Assembly (NCBI GenBank): GCA_016186705.1
Contig: JACPLB010000002.1
Location: 20,811-84,810, forward strand
Origin: Candidatus Kaiserbacteria bacterium
GTDB taxonomy: Bacteria; Patescibacteriota; Minisyncoccia; Phycocordibacterales; JABMNX01
Reading direction: 5' to 3'
DNA length: 64,000 nucleotides
Both the position numbers and the translations under genes were made by a program. Under the pieces are notes generated by a model, which was not told where the DNA came from, did no database searches, and was given only the letters and a program-made list of their open reading frames with translations. Positions 37,963 through 47,134 of the stretch are shown one piece after another; the stretch's first letter is position 1; each line of letters begins with the position of its first letter.

Positions 37963-39711
37963 GTGAAAGATTTTCTGAAACATCTCATATCCGTTATCAA
38001 TGCGCGCCTTGATGCGCCGTTTGTCGTTGGCATCAAACGGGTTCTCTCTTCGCTCTCGCGCTTCGAGACAGTTGTACTATGGACGCTTGTCGGAATGCTT
38101 ATCCTAAGCGGTTTAAACCTCCTTTCTAAAGCAAATGGCTTGATTCTTGTTGAAGCAAAAGCACGGGGAGGGAGTTTTACCGAGGGAATCGTCGGGTCGC
38201 CTCGATTTATCAATCCCGTACTTGCACTCTCCGACGCCGACCGAGATCTTGCGTCTCTCGTGTATTCGGGACTTATGAAGGCAACGCCGGAAGGAGAGGT
38301 CGTTGAGGACGCGGCCCTTAATTACAGTATTTCTCCGGACGGGCTTTCATACGAATTCACCATCAGGGAAGACGCCTTGTTCCATGACGGCGAGCCAGTG
38401 ACTGCGGATGACGTGATATTTACCATTAATAAAACACTCGACCCTGCCATTAAAAGCGCGCAAAGAGCGAACTGGGACGGCGTCAAAGTGGAAAAGGTTG
38501 ATGAACATACCGTGCGGTTCGTGCTCCAGCGCCCATACGCGCCGTTTTTGCAGAATACGACAATGGGAATTCTGCCAAAGCATCTCTGGCAAGGTATTGA
38601 TTCGGGACAATTCCCTTTCAGCGAAATGAACGTGTCCCCTGTCGGCTCCGGACCGTATAAAGTCAAGACAGTCAAGAAAGACTCCACTGGCATCCCCGAA
38701 GTGTATATACTCGCGTCATTTAACGATTACGCACTCGGGAAACCGTACATAAAAAAAATTACTCTTCGCTTTTACTCCAATGAAACAGACCTTATGAGAG
38801 CATTCAAGAAAGGCGCGGTGGACGCAATAAGCGGCATCTCTCCCGAAAGCATCGGCACGCTCGGGGCACAGCGAATAGAGAGAAGCCCGCTCCCTCGTAT
38901 CTTTGGGGTATTTTTTAACCAAAACAGTGCTCAGATATTTTCACACAAAGAAGTGAGGGCGGCGCTTAACGCCGCGATTGATAAAAATATGATTGTCGAT
39001 CAAGTCCTCTCGGGATACGGCACCTCAATAGACAGTCCGATACCGCCCGGGAGCATTGACCGGCCGCATGCGACAACATCTCCCGAGGAGACGCGAGGAG
39101 GCGTCGAGGAAGCGAGAAATATACTTGGAAGAAGCGGCTGGACGTTTAATGAAGAAGAAGGCGTGTGGACATCACGCACCAAAGAAGAATTACGCTTCTC
39201 CCTTTCAACGTCAAATGTTCCGGAACTCAAAGCGGTTGCGAACATGCTGAAAGAAATGTGGGAAAAAGTCGGAGCACAAGTGGACATAAAGGTGTTTGAA
39301 GCAGGCAATCTAAACCAAAACGTCATCCGACCGCGGGAGTATGACGCGCTTCTTTTCGGCGAAGTAATCGGGCGCGAACTTGACCTGTTCGCATTTTGGC
39401 ATTCTTCTCAGCGAAACGACCCGGGGCTCAATATAGCGCTCTACGCGAATATCACCGCGGACGCGCTTCTGGAGAAAGGGCGCACAGAGCTCGATGCCGC
39501 TTTACGCGAGACGGTATATCTTAACTTTGAAAAAGAAATCAAAAAGGACGTGCCGGCGGTGTTTCTCTATTCCCCTGATTTCATTTACATACTGCCGGAA
39601 TACGTGCGTGGAGTACTTCTCACCTCCGTTACCACTTCGAAGGACAGGTTTCTCAACGTTCATGAATGGTATATACGAGCGGACAAGGTATGGGGTATTT
39701 TTTCGAAATAA
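37963..39711 (+). CDS. ABC transporter substrate-binding protein, family 5 (peptide/nickel type)
   Basis: Signal anchor plus SBP_bac_5-like length and pattern. Confidence 0.8.
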   Translation: MKDFLKHLISVINARLDAPFVVGIKRVLSSLSRFETVVLWTLVGMLILSGLNLLSKANGLILVEAKARGGSFTEGIVGSPRFINPVLALSDADRDLASLVYSGLMKATPEGEVVEDAALNYSISPDGLSYEFTIREDALFHDGEPVTADDVIFTINKTLDPAIKSAQRANWDGVKVEKVDEHTVRFVLQRPYAPFLQNTTMGILPKHLWQGIDSGQFPFSEMNVSPVGSGPYKVKTVKKDSTGIPEVYILASFNDYALGKPYIKKITLRFYSNETDLMRAFKKGAVDAISGISPESIGTLGAQRIERSPLPRIFGVFFNQNSAQIFSHKEVRAALNAAIDKNMIVDQVLSGYGTSIDSPIPPGSIDRPHATTSPEETRGGVEEARNILGRSGWTFNEEEGVWTSRTKEELRFSLSTSNVPELKAVANMLKEMWEKVGAQVDIKVFEAGNLNQNVIRPREYDALLFGEVIGRELDLFAFWHSSQRNDPGLNIALYANITADALLEKGRTELDAALRETVYLNFEKEIKKDVPAVFLYSPDFIYILPEYVRGVLLTSVTTSKDRFLNVHEWYIRADKVWGIFSK

Positions 39712-39739
39712 AGAATTTTAAAAACCCTAATATATAACA

Positions 39740-41587
39740 ATGGTAGAACGAAAAAATGAAGGTGGTCGTAGTCGGCAATTACCGCGACGTCGACTCTCGC
39801 GCGGCAGGCGAAATAGCGGACAGAAAATGCAGAGGAAGCAGGCGACGACAAGCAAGCGTATGGTGCACAGGCATCATACGGAGACTCCCTTAAGGCATAA
39901 GCACGAGCCTATCCCCGAGATTATAGACGGCGTCCGGATTGTTCCGCTCGGCGGGGTTGAGGAAGTCGGGAGAAACATGACGGTTGTGGAAACATCTACG
40001 GATATTCTTATTGTTGACGCCGGTTTTCAATTCGTGTCAGAAGAAACGCCGGGGGTTGATTACGTTCTCCCTAACACCCGCTACCTTGAAGAGAGGAAAG
40101 GAAAGATTCGCGCGCTTCTTATAACACACGGGCATCTTGACCACATCGGCGGCATTCCTTTTATTCTTGACCGTATCGGTAATCCTCCGATTTACACTGG
40201 CGAACTTACGTCCATCATGATAAAAAAACGGGCGGAAGAATTTGTCGGTATCAAGCACGATGTGAAAGTGCTTGACCCTCACGTGCCGATTACATTCGGC
40301 TCATTCAGAGTGCGCACTTTCCCCGTTACCCACTCGATTCCGGACTCAACCGGTATGATTATAGAGACCGAATACGGCAATGTTGTGTTAAGCGGCGACC
40401 TCAAGCTTGAGCATAAAGACGGAGTACCAACAAAAAAAGAGGAGGAGGTGTACGGCGCAATCGGCAAGGAAAAGAATCTGATATTTATTGCCGATTCAAC
40501 AAATGCGGAGAGAACCGGCTTTTCAATTCCAGAACAGGTCGTCTACGATACTATTGAGAATATTATCCGCACCACCGAAGGGCGCATTATTATAGGCACA
40601 TTTGCTTCCCAATTCGAGCGCATGATACGAATTATCGGCATTTGTGAGCAACTTGGCAAAAAGGTGATCACGGAAGGCCGAAGCATCAAGACTAACATTG
40701 AAATTGCCGAACGCGCAGGCCGTCTCAAACCGAAAAAAGGAACTATTATCCCCGTCCAAGAGATCGACAATTACCCGCCGGACAGAGTCGTTATTCTTGC
40801 GACCGGCGCGCAAGGGGAAGAGTTTGCGGCTCTCATGCGCATCGCAACTGGCAAACATAAATTTATCAAAATGACGAGGCGCGACACCGTCGTACTCTCC
40901 TCTTCGGTTATTCCGGGGAACGAGCTTTCCGTGCAACGTTTGAAAGACAACCTGTATCGGCACGCGGGGCACATCATCCACTACAGAGCGTCCGATGTAC
41001 ATTCGACCGGACACGGGAACACCGGAGAACTCGTATGGATAAACAAGAAGGTGGGAGCGAAATTTTTCATGCCGGCATACGGATATCATTCTATGCTTCG
41101 ATGTCATGCAAACGCGGTTATCGAATCGGGATTCCCAGAGAAGAATATCGCTGTGCCGGACAACGGCACAATCATTGATATCATTAAAGGTGAGCGGATG
41201 ATTGTGCAAAAGGCGACGGCTCCCTCGGGTCCTATGATGGTTGACGGCTTCTCGGTTGGTGGTGTCCAGGACGTAGTCATACGAGACCGGAAGACACTTG
41301 CGCAAGACGGCATGTTCGTCGTTATTGCGACTATTAATGTACGTACCGGAAAACTGCGAAAGTCTCCCGACATCATTTCCCGCGGATTCGTGTATCTGCG
41401 CGAGTCGCAGGAGCTTCTCCAGCAAACGCGGCTCATCATTAAAAAAAGCGTCGAGAGCTCGACTGAGGGAATGCATCCGATTAATTTCGACTACGTGAAG
41501 AATAATATTACCGACGCGGTAAGTGCGTTTCTCTTTCAAAAAACCAATAAGCACCCGATCGTCATACCGGTCCTTCTGGGAGTTTAA
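39740..41587 (+). CDS. rnj: Ribonuclease J
   Basis: HGHLDHIGG metallo-beta-lactamase motif in a beta-CASP architecture. The N-terminus has an Arg-rich extension, so the true start may be an internal Met near 39827-39860. Confidence 0.85.
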   Translation: MVERKNEGGRSRQLPRRRLSRGRRNSGQKMQRKQATTSKRMVHRHHTETPLRHKHEPIPEIIDGVRIVPLGGVEEVGRNMTVVETSTDILIVDAGFQFVSEETPGVDYVLPNTRYLEERKGKIRALLITHGHLDHIGGIPFILDRIGNPPIYTGELTSIMIKKRAEEFVGIKHDVKVLDPHVPITFGSFRVRTFPVTHSIPDSTGMIIETEYGNVVLSGDLKLEHKDGVPTKKEEEVYGAIGKEKNLIFIADSTNAERTGFSIPEQVVYDTIENIIRTTEGRIIIGTFASQFERMIRIIGICEQLGKKVITEGRSIKTNIEIAERAGRLKPKKGTIIPVQEIDNYPPDRVVILATGAQGEEFAALMRIATGKHKFIKMTRRDTVVLSSSVIPGNELSVQRLKDNLYRHAGHIIHYRASDVHSTGHGNTGELVWINKKVGAKFFMPAYGYHSMLRCHANAVIESGFPEKNIAVPDNGTIIDIIKGERMIVQKATAPSGPMMVDGFSVGGVQDVVIRDRKTLAQDGMFVVIATINVRTGKLRKSPDIISRGFVYLRESQELLQQTRLIIKKSVESSTEGMHPINFDYVKNNITDAVSAFLFQKTNKHPIVIPVLLGV

Positions 41588-41597
41588 GAAATACCGC

Positions 41598-42419
41598 TTA
41601 CGCAACTGAAGCAAATCCGCGCTTAACGGTCACTATCTCTTCACGAGAAAGAGCGTGGAGCTGCTCTAAAACGCGCTTCTTGCCGTACAGTTTGAGGCGT
41701 TGCGTCAGGGCAGAGATTGAATATTTTTTCTCAACAAGTGTGCGTACGATTACTCCGCGAACCTCTCTGTTTGAATTTTTGAAAGGACTTTGTTTCTTGT
41801 AATGACTGCTCCTTCTTGAGGGATTCTTTTCTTTTTTCTTGAGCATTGAGCCATAATCCATAAGCGCCGAATACCACTCGGCGACATTTTTTCTATCAAG
41901 CGTCTTTTCAATGAGAGGAATGATGTCACTGTCCTTCACTTGTGCTGTCCTTGAAAAAAAGAAGTGAATGAAGACCGAGCGGATATTCGTTTCAATAATG
42001 ATTGCGGGAAGATTGTATGCAAACGCGCGTATTGCTCCCGCAGTGTACGGACCGATGCCGGGAAGATGTGTGAGTGTTTTTTCGTCTTTTGGTATTTCCC
42101 CCTGATGTTCTTTCATAATCTGCCTTGCGGCGTTATGAAGCATTCTCGCGCGCCGGTTATAGCCAAGTCCCTGCCATTGGGCAAGCACTTCTTGAAATTC
42201 TGCATTCGCGAGGGACATAATCGTCGGAAAGCGTTTCACAAACATTTGATATTTCGGTATAACTCTTTCCGCTTGAGTCTGCTGAAGCATGATTTCGGAG
42301 ACGAGCACGCGGTACGCGCGTGTTTTAGACGACAAAGAACCTGTGGCGCGCCACGGAAACGCCCGTTTGTGCTCCAGATAATAATCCCGAATATCCTTCC
42401 GAAACACGTTCACTTTCAT
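41598..42419 (-). CDS. MutY-like HhH-GPD adenine DNA glycosylase, apparently lacking the 4Fe-4S loop
   Basis: FPWR motif and HhH-GPD ...LPGIGPYTAGAI. No C-terminal Cys cluster. Confidence 0.7.
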   Translation of the reverse strand: MKVNVFRKDIRDYYLEHKRAFPWRATGSLSSKTRAYRVLVSEIMLQQTQAERVIPKYQMFVKRFPTIMSLANAEFQEVLAQWQGLGYNRRARMLHNAARQIMKEHQGEIPKDEKTLTHLPGIGPYTAGAIRAFAYNLPAIIIETNIRSVFIHFFFSRTAQVKDSDIIPLIEKTLDRKNVAEWYSALMDYGSMLKKKEKNPSRRSSHYKKQSPFKNSNREVRGVIVRTLVEKKYSISALTQRLKLYGKKRVLEQLHALSREEIVTVKRGFASVA

Positions 42420-42523
42420 AATGCGTACCGAATTATACTCCCAAGAGAGCGGGCAAGTGCGTTACCAAGGAGAACAATAGCGGCAATAATAAGTATGAGG
42501 TAGAGGAATTTCTTGACGCGCAT
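42416..42523 (-). CDS. Possible unannotated ~34-aa membrane peptide, translationally coupled between pspC and the glycosylase gene
   Basis: MRVKKFLYLILIIAAIVLLGNALARSLGS... The ATG lies 1 nt after the pspC stop, and its stop overlaps the downstream ATG. Confidence 0.25.
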   Translation of the reverse strand: MRVKKFLYLILIIAAIVLLGNALARSLGSIIRYAL

Positions 42524-42524
42524 G

Positions 42525-42779
42525 CTACTTTTTCTTTGCCTTCCCTTTCATTTCTATAACGGTCGTCTGAAGGTGCTTCTCTCCTTCCGGCTCTTTCGGA
42601 ATAACAATCACCGCAATGAGGTATACGAGAGCCCCCGGCAAAATGCCGCTGAAAATGGTTACCGCAACCCACCCAAGACGCAGTATCGTCGGGTCAATGT
42701 CACAATACTGCCCGAGTCCTCCACAGACGCCTGATATCATTTTGTCACTTCTCGAGCGATACAGCTTTTGAGCTCCCAT
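42525..42779 (-). CDS. PspC-domain protein
   Basis: KLYRSRSDKMISGVCGGLGQYCDIDPTILRLGWV plus a TM helix. Confidence 0.7.
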   Translation of the reverse strand: MGAQKLYRSRSDKMISGVCGGLGQYCDIDPTILRLGWVAVTIFSGILPGALVYLIAVIVIPKEPEGEKHLQTTVIEMKGKAKKK

Positions 42780-42787
42780 ATGGGATA

Positions 42788-43474
42788 TTATAAATGATAA
42801 ATCACGTCTTTGCGTTCCACAATGACGCTCCAGCCCATGCGTTTTGCGTGCTGGTAGAGGTTCTTGTTCGGATTGAAACACAGAGGTCGTTCCACAAGCT
42901 CAAGGAACGGAATGTCTCCTTCGGTATCCCCGACTCCCACGGACCCTTTCAAGGTGAGGTGTTCTTTTTGAACGGCGCGCCGCACAATAGTCGCTTTGTT
43001 CATAATCAAATGCTCATCAACGACAATGCCGGTAAAAAGGTCTTGCGGCCCAATTTCATAAATACGCCCGTATACTTTGTCAAAACCGAGATTCCTGCAA
43101 AATTCGTCAACAGTGGTCTTTGGCGATTGGGAAATCGCGAGTATGTAGTGCCCGTCTTTTTTAAGTTCTTTGATCAAATCGCGCGTGTATTGGTAGACGC
43201 GTTTCCCCTGCCGCTCTACGACGCGCTTTGAAATATCGCAAAAAGTTCCGTAATGCACTCCTTTCACGTGTTTCATGAAGGTTTTTACGACGGCGTTAAT
43301 ATATTCTTCATATCCACCTTCCCGTTCAAACCATGTACGGTATTCGCGTTCGTACTCTTTTGCTACGTCTTTTGAAAAAATGCCTTCTTCAATGAGCGCT
43401 TCAACGAGCTCGATGACCATACTTGAACGGAAAACGGTCCCGTCGACGTCAAAAATAGCGACTTTTTGTTCCAT
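42788..43474 (-). CDS. HAD-superfamily hydrolase
   Basis: Motif I VAIFDVDGTVF and downstream HAD motifs. Confidence 0.8.
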   Translation of the reverse strand: MEQKVAIFDVDGTVFRSSMVIELVEALIEEGIFSKDVAKEYEREYRTWFEREGGYEEYINAVVKTFMKHVKGVHYGTFCDISKRVVERQGKRVYQYTRDLIKELKKDGHYILAISQSPKTTVDEFCRNLGFDKVYGRIYEIGPQDLFTGIVVDEHLIMNKATIVRRAVQKEHLTLKGSVGVGDTEGDIPFLELVERPLCFNPNKNLYQHAKRMGWSVIVERKDVIYHL

Positions 43475-43499
43475 ACAAAAATAGTACCACAACGGCCTC

Positions 43500-44423
43500 T
43501 TACAGCACCGACGAGATAATGTCCTTTACAACATTGATGGGGATGGAAAAACCGACGTTCTCGCTCCCGCGCGCCATCGCCACGTTAATACCGATGACGG
43601 CGCCGGAGAGGTCGGAGAGTGGCCCGCCGGAGTTTCCCGGATTTATCGCAGCGTCCGTCTGTATCACTCCACGAAGCTCTTCCGGGCCGTCCGCTCCGAG
43701 CGCGGAGAGTTCCCGATTGAGTCCGGAAATAATGCCAACCGAAACGGAGTTGTTAAACTCTCCGAGTGCGTTTCCGATTGCAAAGACCGATTGTCCGAGC
43801 TTCAGGGAGTCAGAATTACCTAAAACAACTCCGGGGTATCCCTCTCCGGAGACTTTGAGGATTGCAAAGTCAATGTCGGTGTCTCTATATATGACATCCG
43901 CCTGCTTTTGTGAACCGTCGGAGAGAACGACAGTATAAAGAGCATCAGCATCGCTTACGACATGGCGGTTCGTCGCGATATAGCCGTCACTCCTAAGGAA
44001 AAATCCTGTTCCGGCACCGACCTGTTGAACTTCAGTCCCTTTCTGCACAATGCGCGGCACCTGAATGTTGAAGTTGCGAAAGAACGGGTCGTCTCCGAAC
44101 GGGTTTTCATATACGATTTCAATCTTCGGCACATCCTTTGAGACGACAACGGAGACAACCGACGGAGCGATTTTTGCAACCGCGTCGGTTAGAAGCTCTT
44201 CTTGCGACTTTTGGCGGAGCGCTTCGCGGCGTTTGAGCTCATCCGCGGTGTCCGATGATTCTTGCGCGACTACTCCGACGTATCTTTCAAGTTCTTGCAC
44301 GCGCTCCGTGAGCGATTGAATTGTTTCGCTATCGGATGAGCCGAATGAAAAGCCGACTATCCCGCCCACAATAACAAGAAAAAGCACGAGGGTTGTGACA
44401 ATAATTCGATAAAGCGCATTCAT
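43500..44423 (-). CDS. Trypsin-like serine protease (S1C/HtrA-like, no PDZ)
   Basis: Catalytic GNSGGPL, His in TNRHVV, N-terminal TM anchor. Confidence 0.85.
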   Translation of the reverse strand: MNALYRIIVTTLVLFLVIVGGIVGFSFGSSDSETIQSLTERVQELERYVGVVAQESSDTADELKRREALRQKSQEELLTDAVAKIAPSVVSVVVSKDVPKIEIVYENPFGDDPFFRNFNIQVPRIVQKGTEVQQVGAGTGFFLRSDGYIATNRHVVSDADALYTVVLSDGSQKQADVIYRDTDIDFAILKVSGEGYPGVVLGNSDSLKLGQSVFAIGNALGEFNNSVSVGIISGLNRELSALGADGPEELRGVIQTDAAINPGNSGGPLSDLSGAVIGINVAMARGSENVGFSIPINVVKDIISSVL

Positions 44424-44442
44424 GACATTTTTATACCTTAAT

Positions 44443-44480
44443 TCTTCAAAAAAGAAAACCCGCCGTGCGATGCGGGTTGA
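44443..44480 (-). terminator. Rho-independent terminator
   Basis: AACCCGC-AUCGCAC-GGCGGGUU followed by UUUCUUUUUUG on the minus strand. Confidence 0.7.
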
Positions 44481-44700
44481 GGTGGTTCCGGAAGAGAATC
44501 AAGGCCTGCGAAATGTCTACATTTGCCCCCCATATCCGATGTCCTTTGAGCGTCTGACTCGGGAGAACTCTCCCTCATCCTTGGGTATGGACCCACAAGA
44601 ATGGTCAGCTTGCTTCCCCGGACACCAGTGAAGGTGACTGTGAAGCCACGAGGCACGCCTCAATGTGTCCTCCGGAACCATCTTTTATATTACACTCGCG
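44481..44700 (-). ncRNA. Candidate structured ncRNA of unknown class, ending at the terminator above
   Basis: About 250 nt of GC-rich non-coding sequence between nth and the protease gene. 5' GGUUCCGGAGG can pair with 3' CUUCCGGAACC. Several internal hairpins: GGGAGAGUUCUCCC, AAAUGUAGACAUUU, GAGGCGUGCCUC. Confidence 0.3.
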
Positions 44701-44732
44701 CGTATGATGAGTCAAGTAACAATGTGTGGATT

Positions 44733-45395
44733 CTAACGGGATTTCGGCCAGCGAAGAGCGGCTTTCGGAAATATCTTCGTGAGCGGATGCTTTGAGCAGT
44801 CGTGCACGCGCGCCGGGCAGACGTAGCGGCCGTACATGACCATTTGATGGTTGACGTATTTCCAGTCTTTTTTCGGAATAATCATCATCAGGTCCCGTTC
44901 AATCTGGACGGGATTTTTTGAGTCAGTCAGGTTGAACCGAATGGCAAGACGCCGTACGTGCGTATCAACGGCAATGCCCTCGTAGATGCCGTGTACATTT
45001 GCGAGTACAACATTCGCTGTCTTTCGCGCAACACCCGGAATAGTGACCATATCCTCAATCGTTCTGGGGATTTTACCCTTGAATCTCTCTTTAAGGACAT
45101 GGGCCGCGCTGAGAATATTTTTCGTTTTGCTTCTGTAGAAACCGGCTGAATGTATATCCTGTTCAAATTCGTTTCTCTTTGCTTTGAGATAATCGTTAAA
45201 CTTCGGGTATTTCCTAAAAAGTCTCCTCGTTACCTCATTGACCCGCTTGTCGGTACACTGCGCGGAGAGTATCACTGCGACCAAAAGCTCCCAGTCATTT
45301 CTATACTGCAATTCCGTTTTTGAATCCGGATAGAGCGCCCGGATCTTTTTGATTATTCTATGCGCGCGAGCTTTCCGCTCCGCAAGCTTTTTCAT
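44733..45395 (-). CDS. nth: Endonuclease III
   Basis: HhH-GPD domain and a C-terminal C-x6-C-x2-C-x5-C Fe-S loop. Confidence 0.9.
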   Translation of the reverse strand: MKKLAERKARAHRIIKKIRALYPDSKTELQYRNDWELLVAVILSAQCTDKRVNEVTRRLFRKYPKFNDYLKAKRNEFEQDIHSAGFYRSKTKNILSAAHVLKERFKGKIPRTIEDMVTIPGVARKTANVVLANVHGIYEGIAVDTHVRRLAIRFNLTDSKNPVQIERDLMMIIPKKDWKYVNHQMVMYGRYVCPARVHDCSKHPLTKIFPKAALRWPKSR

Positions 45396-45404
45396 ATTAA
45401 GAGC

Positions 45405-45899
45405 TTACCGAAGGGCTTGTATGTCGGCAAGTACTTCTTCTGCGTGTTTTTTGGGAGTAACGTTCTCATACACCTTTGCAATGATTCCTTCTGGGTTGAT
45501 GAGCACCGACGAGCGCACGACCCCCATGTGCTCGTCCCGCAATATGCGGGGCTTCCGTCCCATGGAACTCTTCTCCTGCCACACATCATAGCGTTCTAGG
45601 ACATCTTTCTCTTCATTTGAAAGAAGAGGAAAGCGCAAGTCGTACTTCTCGGCGAACTTTTTGTGCGATAACGCTGAATCCGGACTCATACCAAGAACAA
45701 CGGCTCCGAGCTTTTCAAATGACTCAAAATTATCCCGCAGCATTTCGGCTTCCGTCGTACACCCCGGAGTATCGTCTTTGGGGTAAAAATAAAGAAGTAT
45801 CCACTTACCCTTGTAGTGCGAAAGACTGTGCTCTGTGCCGCCCTGGTCTTTAAGCTTAAAATCAGGAGCTTTTTGTCCGGTTGCAATTTTCATTTCCAA
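45405..45899 (-). CDS. bcp: Peroxiredoxin Bcp
   Basis: FYPKDDTPGCTTEA peroxidatic-Cys motif. Confidence 0.9.
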   Translation of the reverse strand: MEMKIATGQKAPDFKLKDQGGTEHSLSHYKGKWILLYFYPKDDTPGCTTEAEMLRDNFESFEKLGAVVLGMSPDSALSHKKFAEKYDLRFPLLSNEEKDVLERYDVWQEKSSMGRKPRILRDEHMGVVRSSVLINPEGIIAKVYENVTPKKHAEEVLADIQALR

Positions 45900-45931
45900 T
45901 AATTGCAGTATATCAAAATATAAAGAGAGTA

Positions 45932-46414
45932 TTAAACCCGGCAGGTTTCTCCCCCTTTCTTTGCGATATACTGCTGATGGTATTCTTCCGCTTCAAAAAA
46001 ATCAGAGGCGGGAGCGATGTCCGTCACTATTTCATCGTGGTATTTTCCCGATGCGTCGAGTCTTGCTTTTGATTTTTCCGCTTTGCTTTTCTGCTCTTCG
46101 GTAAGATAAAAAATCGCCGAGCGGTACTGCGCCCCGACATCAGGGCCCTGCCGGTTATATTGCGTCGGGTCGTGAAGATTCCAGAATACGTCAAGAAGCT
46201 TTTCGTATGTTACTTTTGCAGAGTCAAACGTAACTTCAACCGTCTCGGCGTGCCCCGTGTCTCCGCGGCAAACATCTTCGTATGTCGGGTTCTTTAACAA
46301 CCCGCCCGTATACCCAACGCGCGTATCAACGACACCGGGAGTATTCCGAAACACCTCTTCGACTCCCCAAAAACACCCTGCGGCAAATATGGCTCTTTGT
46401 ATATTTCTCTTCAT
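45932..46414 (-). CDS. msrA: Peptide methionine-S-sulfoxide reductase MsrA
   Basis: AAGCFWG active site. Confidence 0.9.
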   Translation of the reverse strand: MKRNIQRAIFAAGCFWGVEEVFRNTPGVVDTRVGYTGGLLKNPTYEDVCRGDTGHAETVEVTFDSAKVTYEKLLDVFWNLHDPTQYNRQGPDVGAQYRSAIFYLTEEQKSKAEKSKARLDASGKYHDEIVTDIAPASDFFEAEEYHQQYIAKKGGETCRV

Positions 46415-46426
46415 ACAATAAAGTGC

Positions 46427-47134
46427 TTAATTATTAGAAGTGACGGATACTATTGTGCCGTCGTCTATTACGACAGTTTTTTGCGCGACTTTTGCGTACT
46501 GCTCCTCGTGCGTAATCATAATGATTGTCTGACCTTCCTTATGAAGGTCTCTGAATATCTGCATAATGACTTGTGAGGATTCATTGTCAAGATTCGCAGT
46601 TGGCTCGTCTGCAAAGAGAACTTTTGGGTGATGGACGACGGCACGGGCGATTGAAACCCGCTGCTGCTCTCCGCCCGACATGTGGCTTGGAAGTTTGTGA
46701 AGCCGATGTTGAAGTTCAAGTTTAGTCAGGCTCTCTTCGGCTCTCGCGTACGCTTTATCCGACGGTATATTTTGCATCAAAAGAGGCAATGCGACATTTT
46801 CAAGCGCGGTTAAATCTGGAAGTAGCGCGTAGTCCTGAAACACATAGCCAAACATGGTAAGCCGAAAAGGAATTTTCTCTTCCACTTTCATCGTGTGGGT
46901 ATCGCGACCATAGATAATAACCTCTCCCGATGTCGGCTCATCAAGAAGGCTCATCTGATAGAGAAATGTGCTTTTGCCTGCGCCAGAGCGGCCCATGATG
47001 GAGATGAATTCGCCGTCCTCAACCTTGAAATCAATGCCCTTTAGGACTTTGGTTTCGGTTTCCCCGTCAAGAAACGTTTTTACGAGTTGCTTTGTTTCAA
47101 TCATGGCTTTAGTTTCTTCCGAGAATGGAATCAA
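46427..47134 (-). CDS. ABC transporter ATP-binding protein (MacB/LolD type)
   Basis: Walker A GRSGAGKST, signature LSGGEQQR, Walker B. Confidence 0.9.
   Translation of the reverse strand: MIPFSEETKAMIETKQLVKTFLDGETETKVLKGIDFKVEDGEFISIMGRSGAGKSTFLYQMSLLDEPTSGEVIIYGRDTHTMKVEEKIPFRLTMFGYVFQDYALLPDLTALENVALPLLMQNIPSDKAYARAEESLTKLELQHRLHKLPSHMSGGEQQRVSIARAVVHHPKVLFADEPTANLDNESSQVIMQIFRDLHKEGQTIIMITHEEQYAKVAQKTVVIDDGTIVSVTSNN

Noticed and set aside
44481-44700. Tried to assign the candidate ncRNA specifically to SRP RNA (helix-8 GGAA tetraloop and AGCAGC) or tmRNA.
   Set aside because: I could not draw a canonical helix 8 around GUCCGGGGAAGCAAGC. There is no tRNA-like 3' end. I left it as an unclassified candidate.
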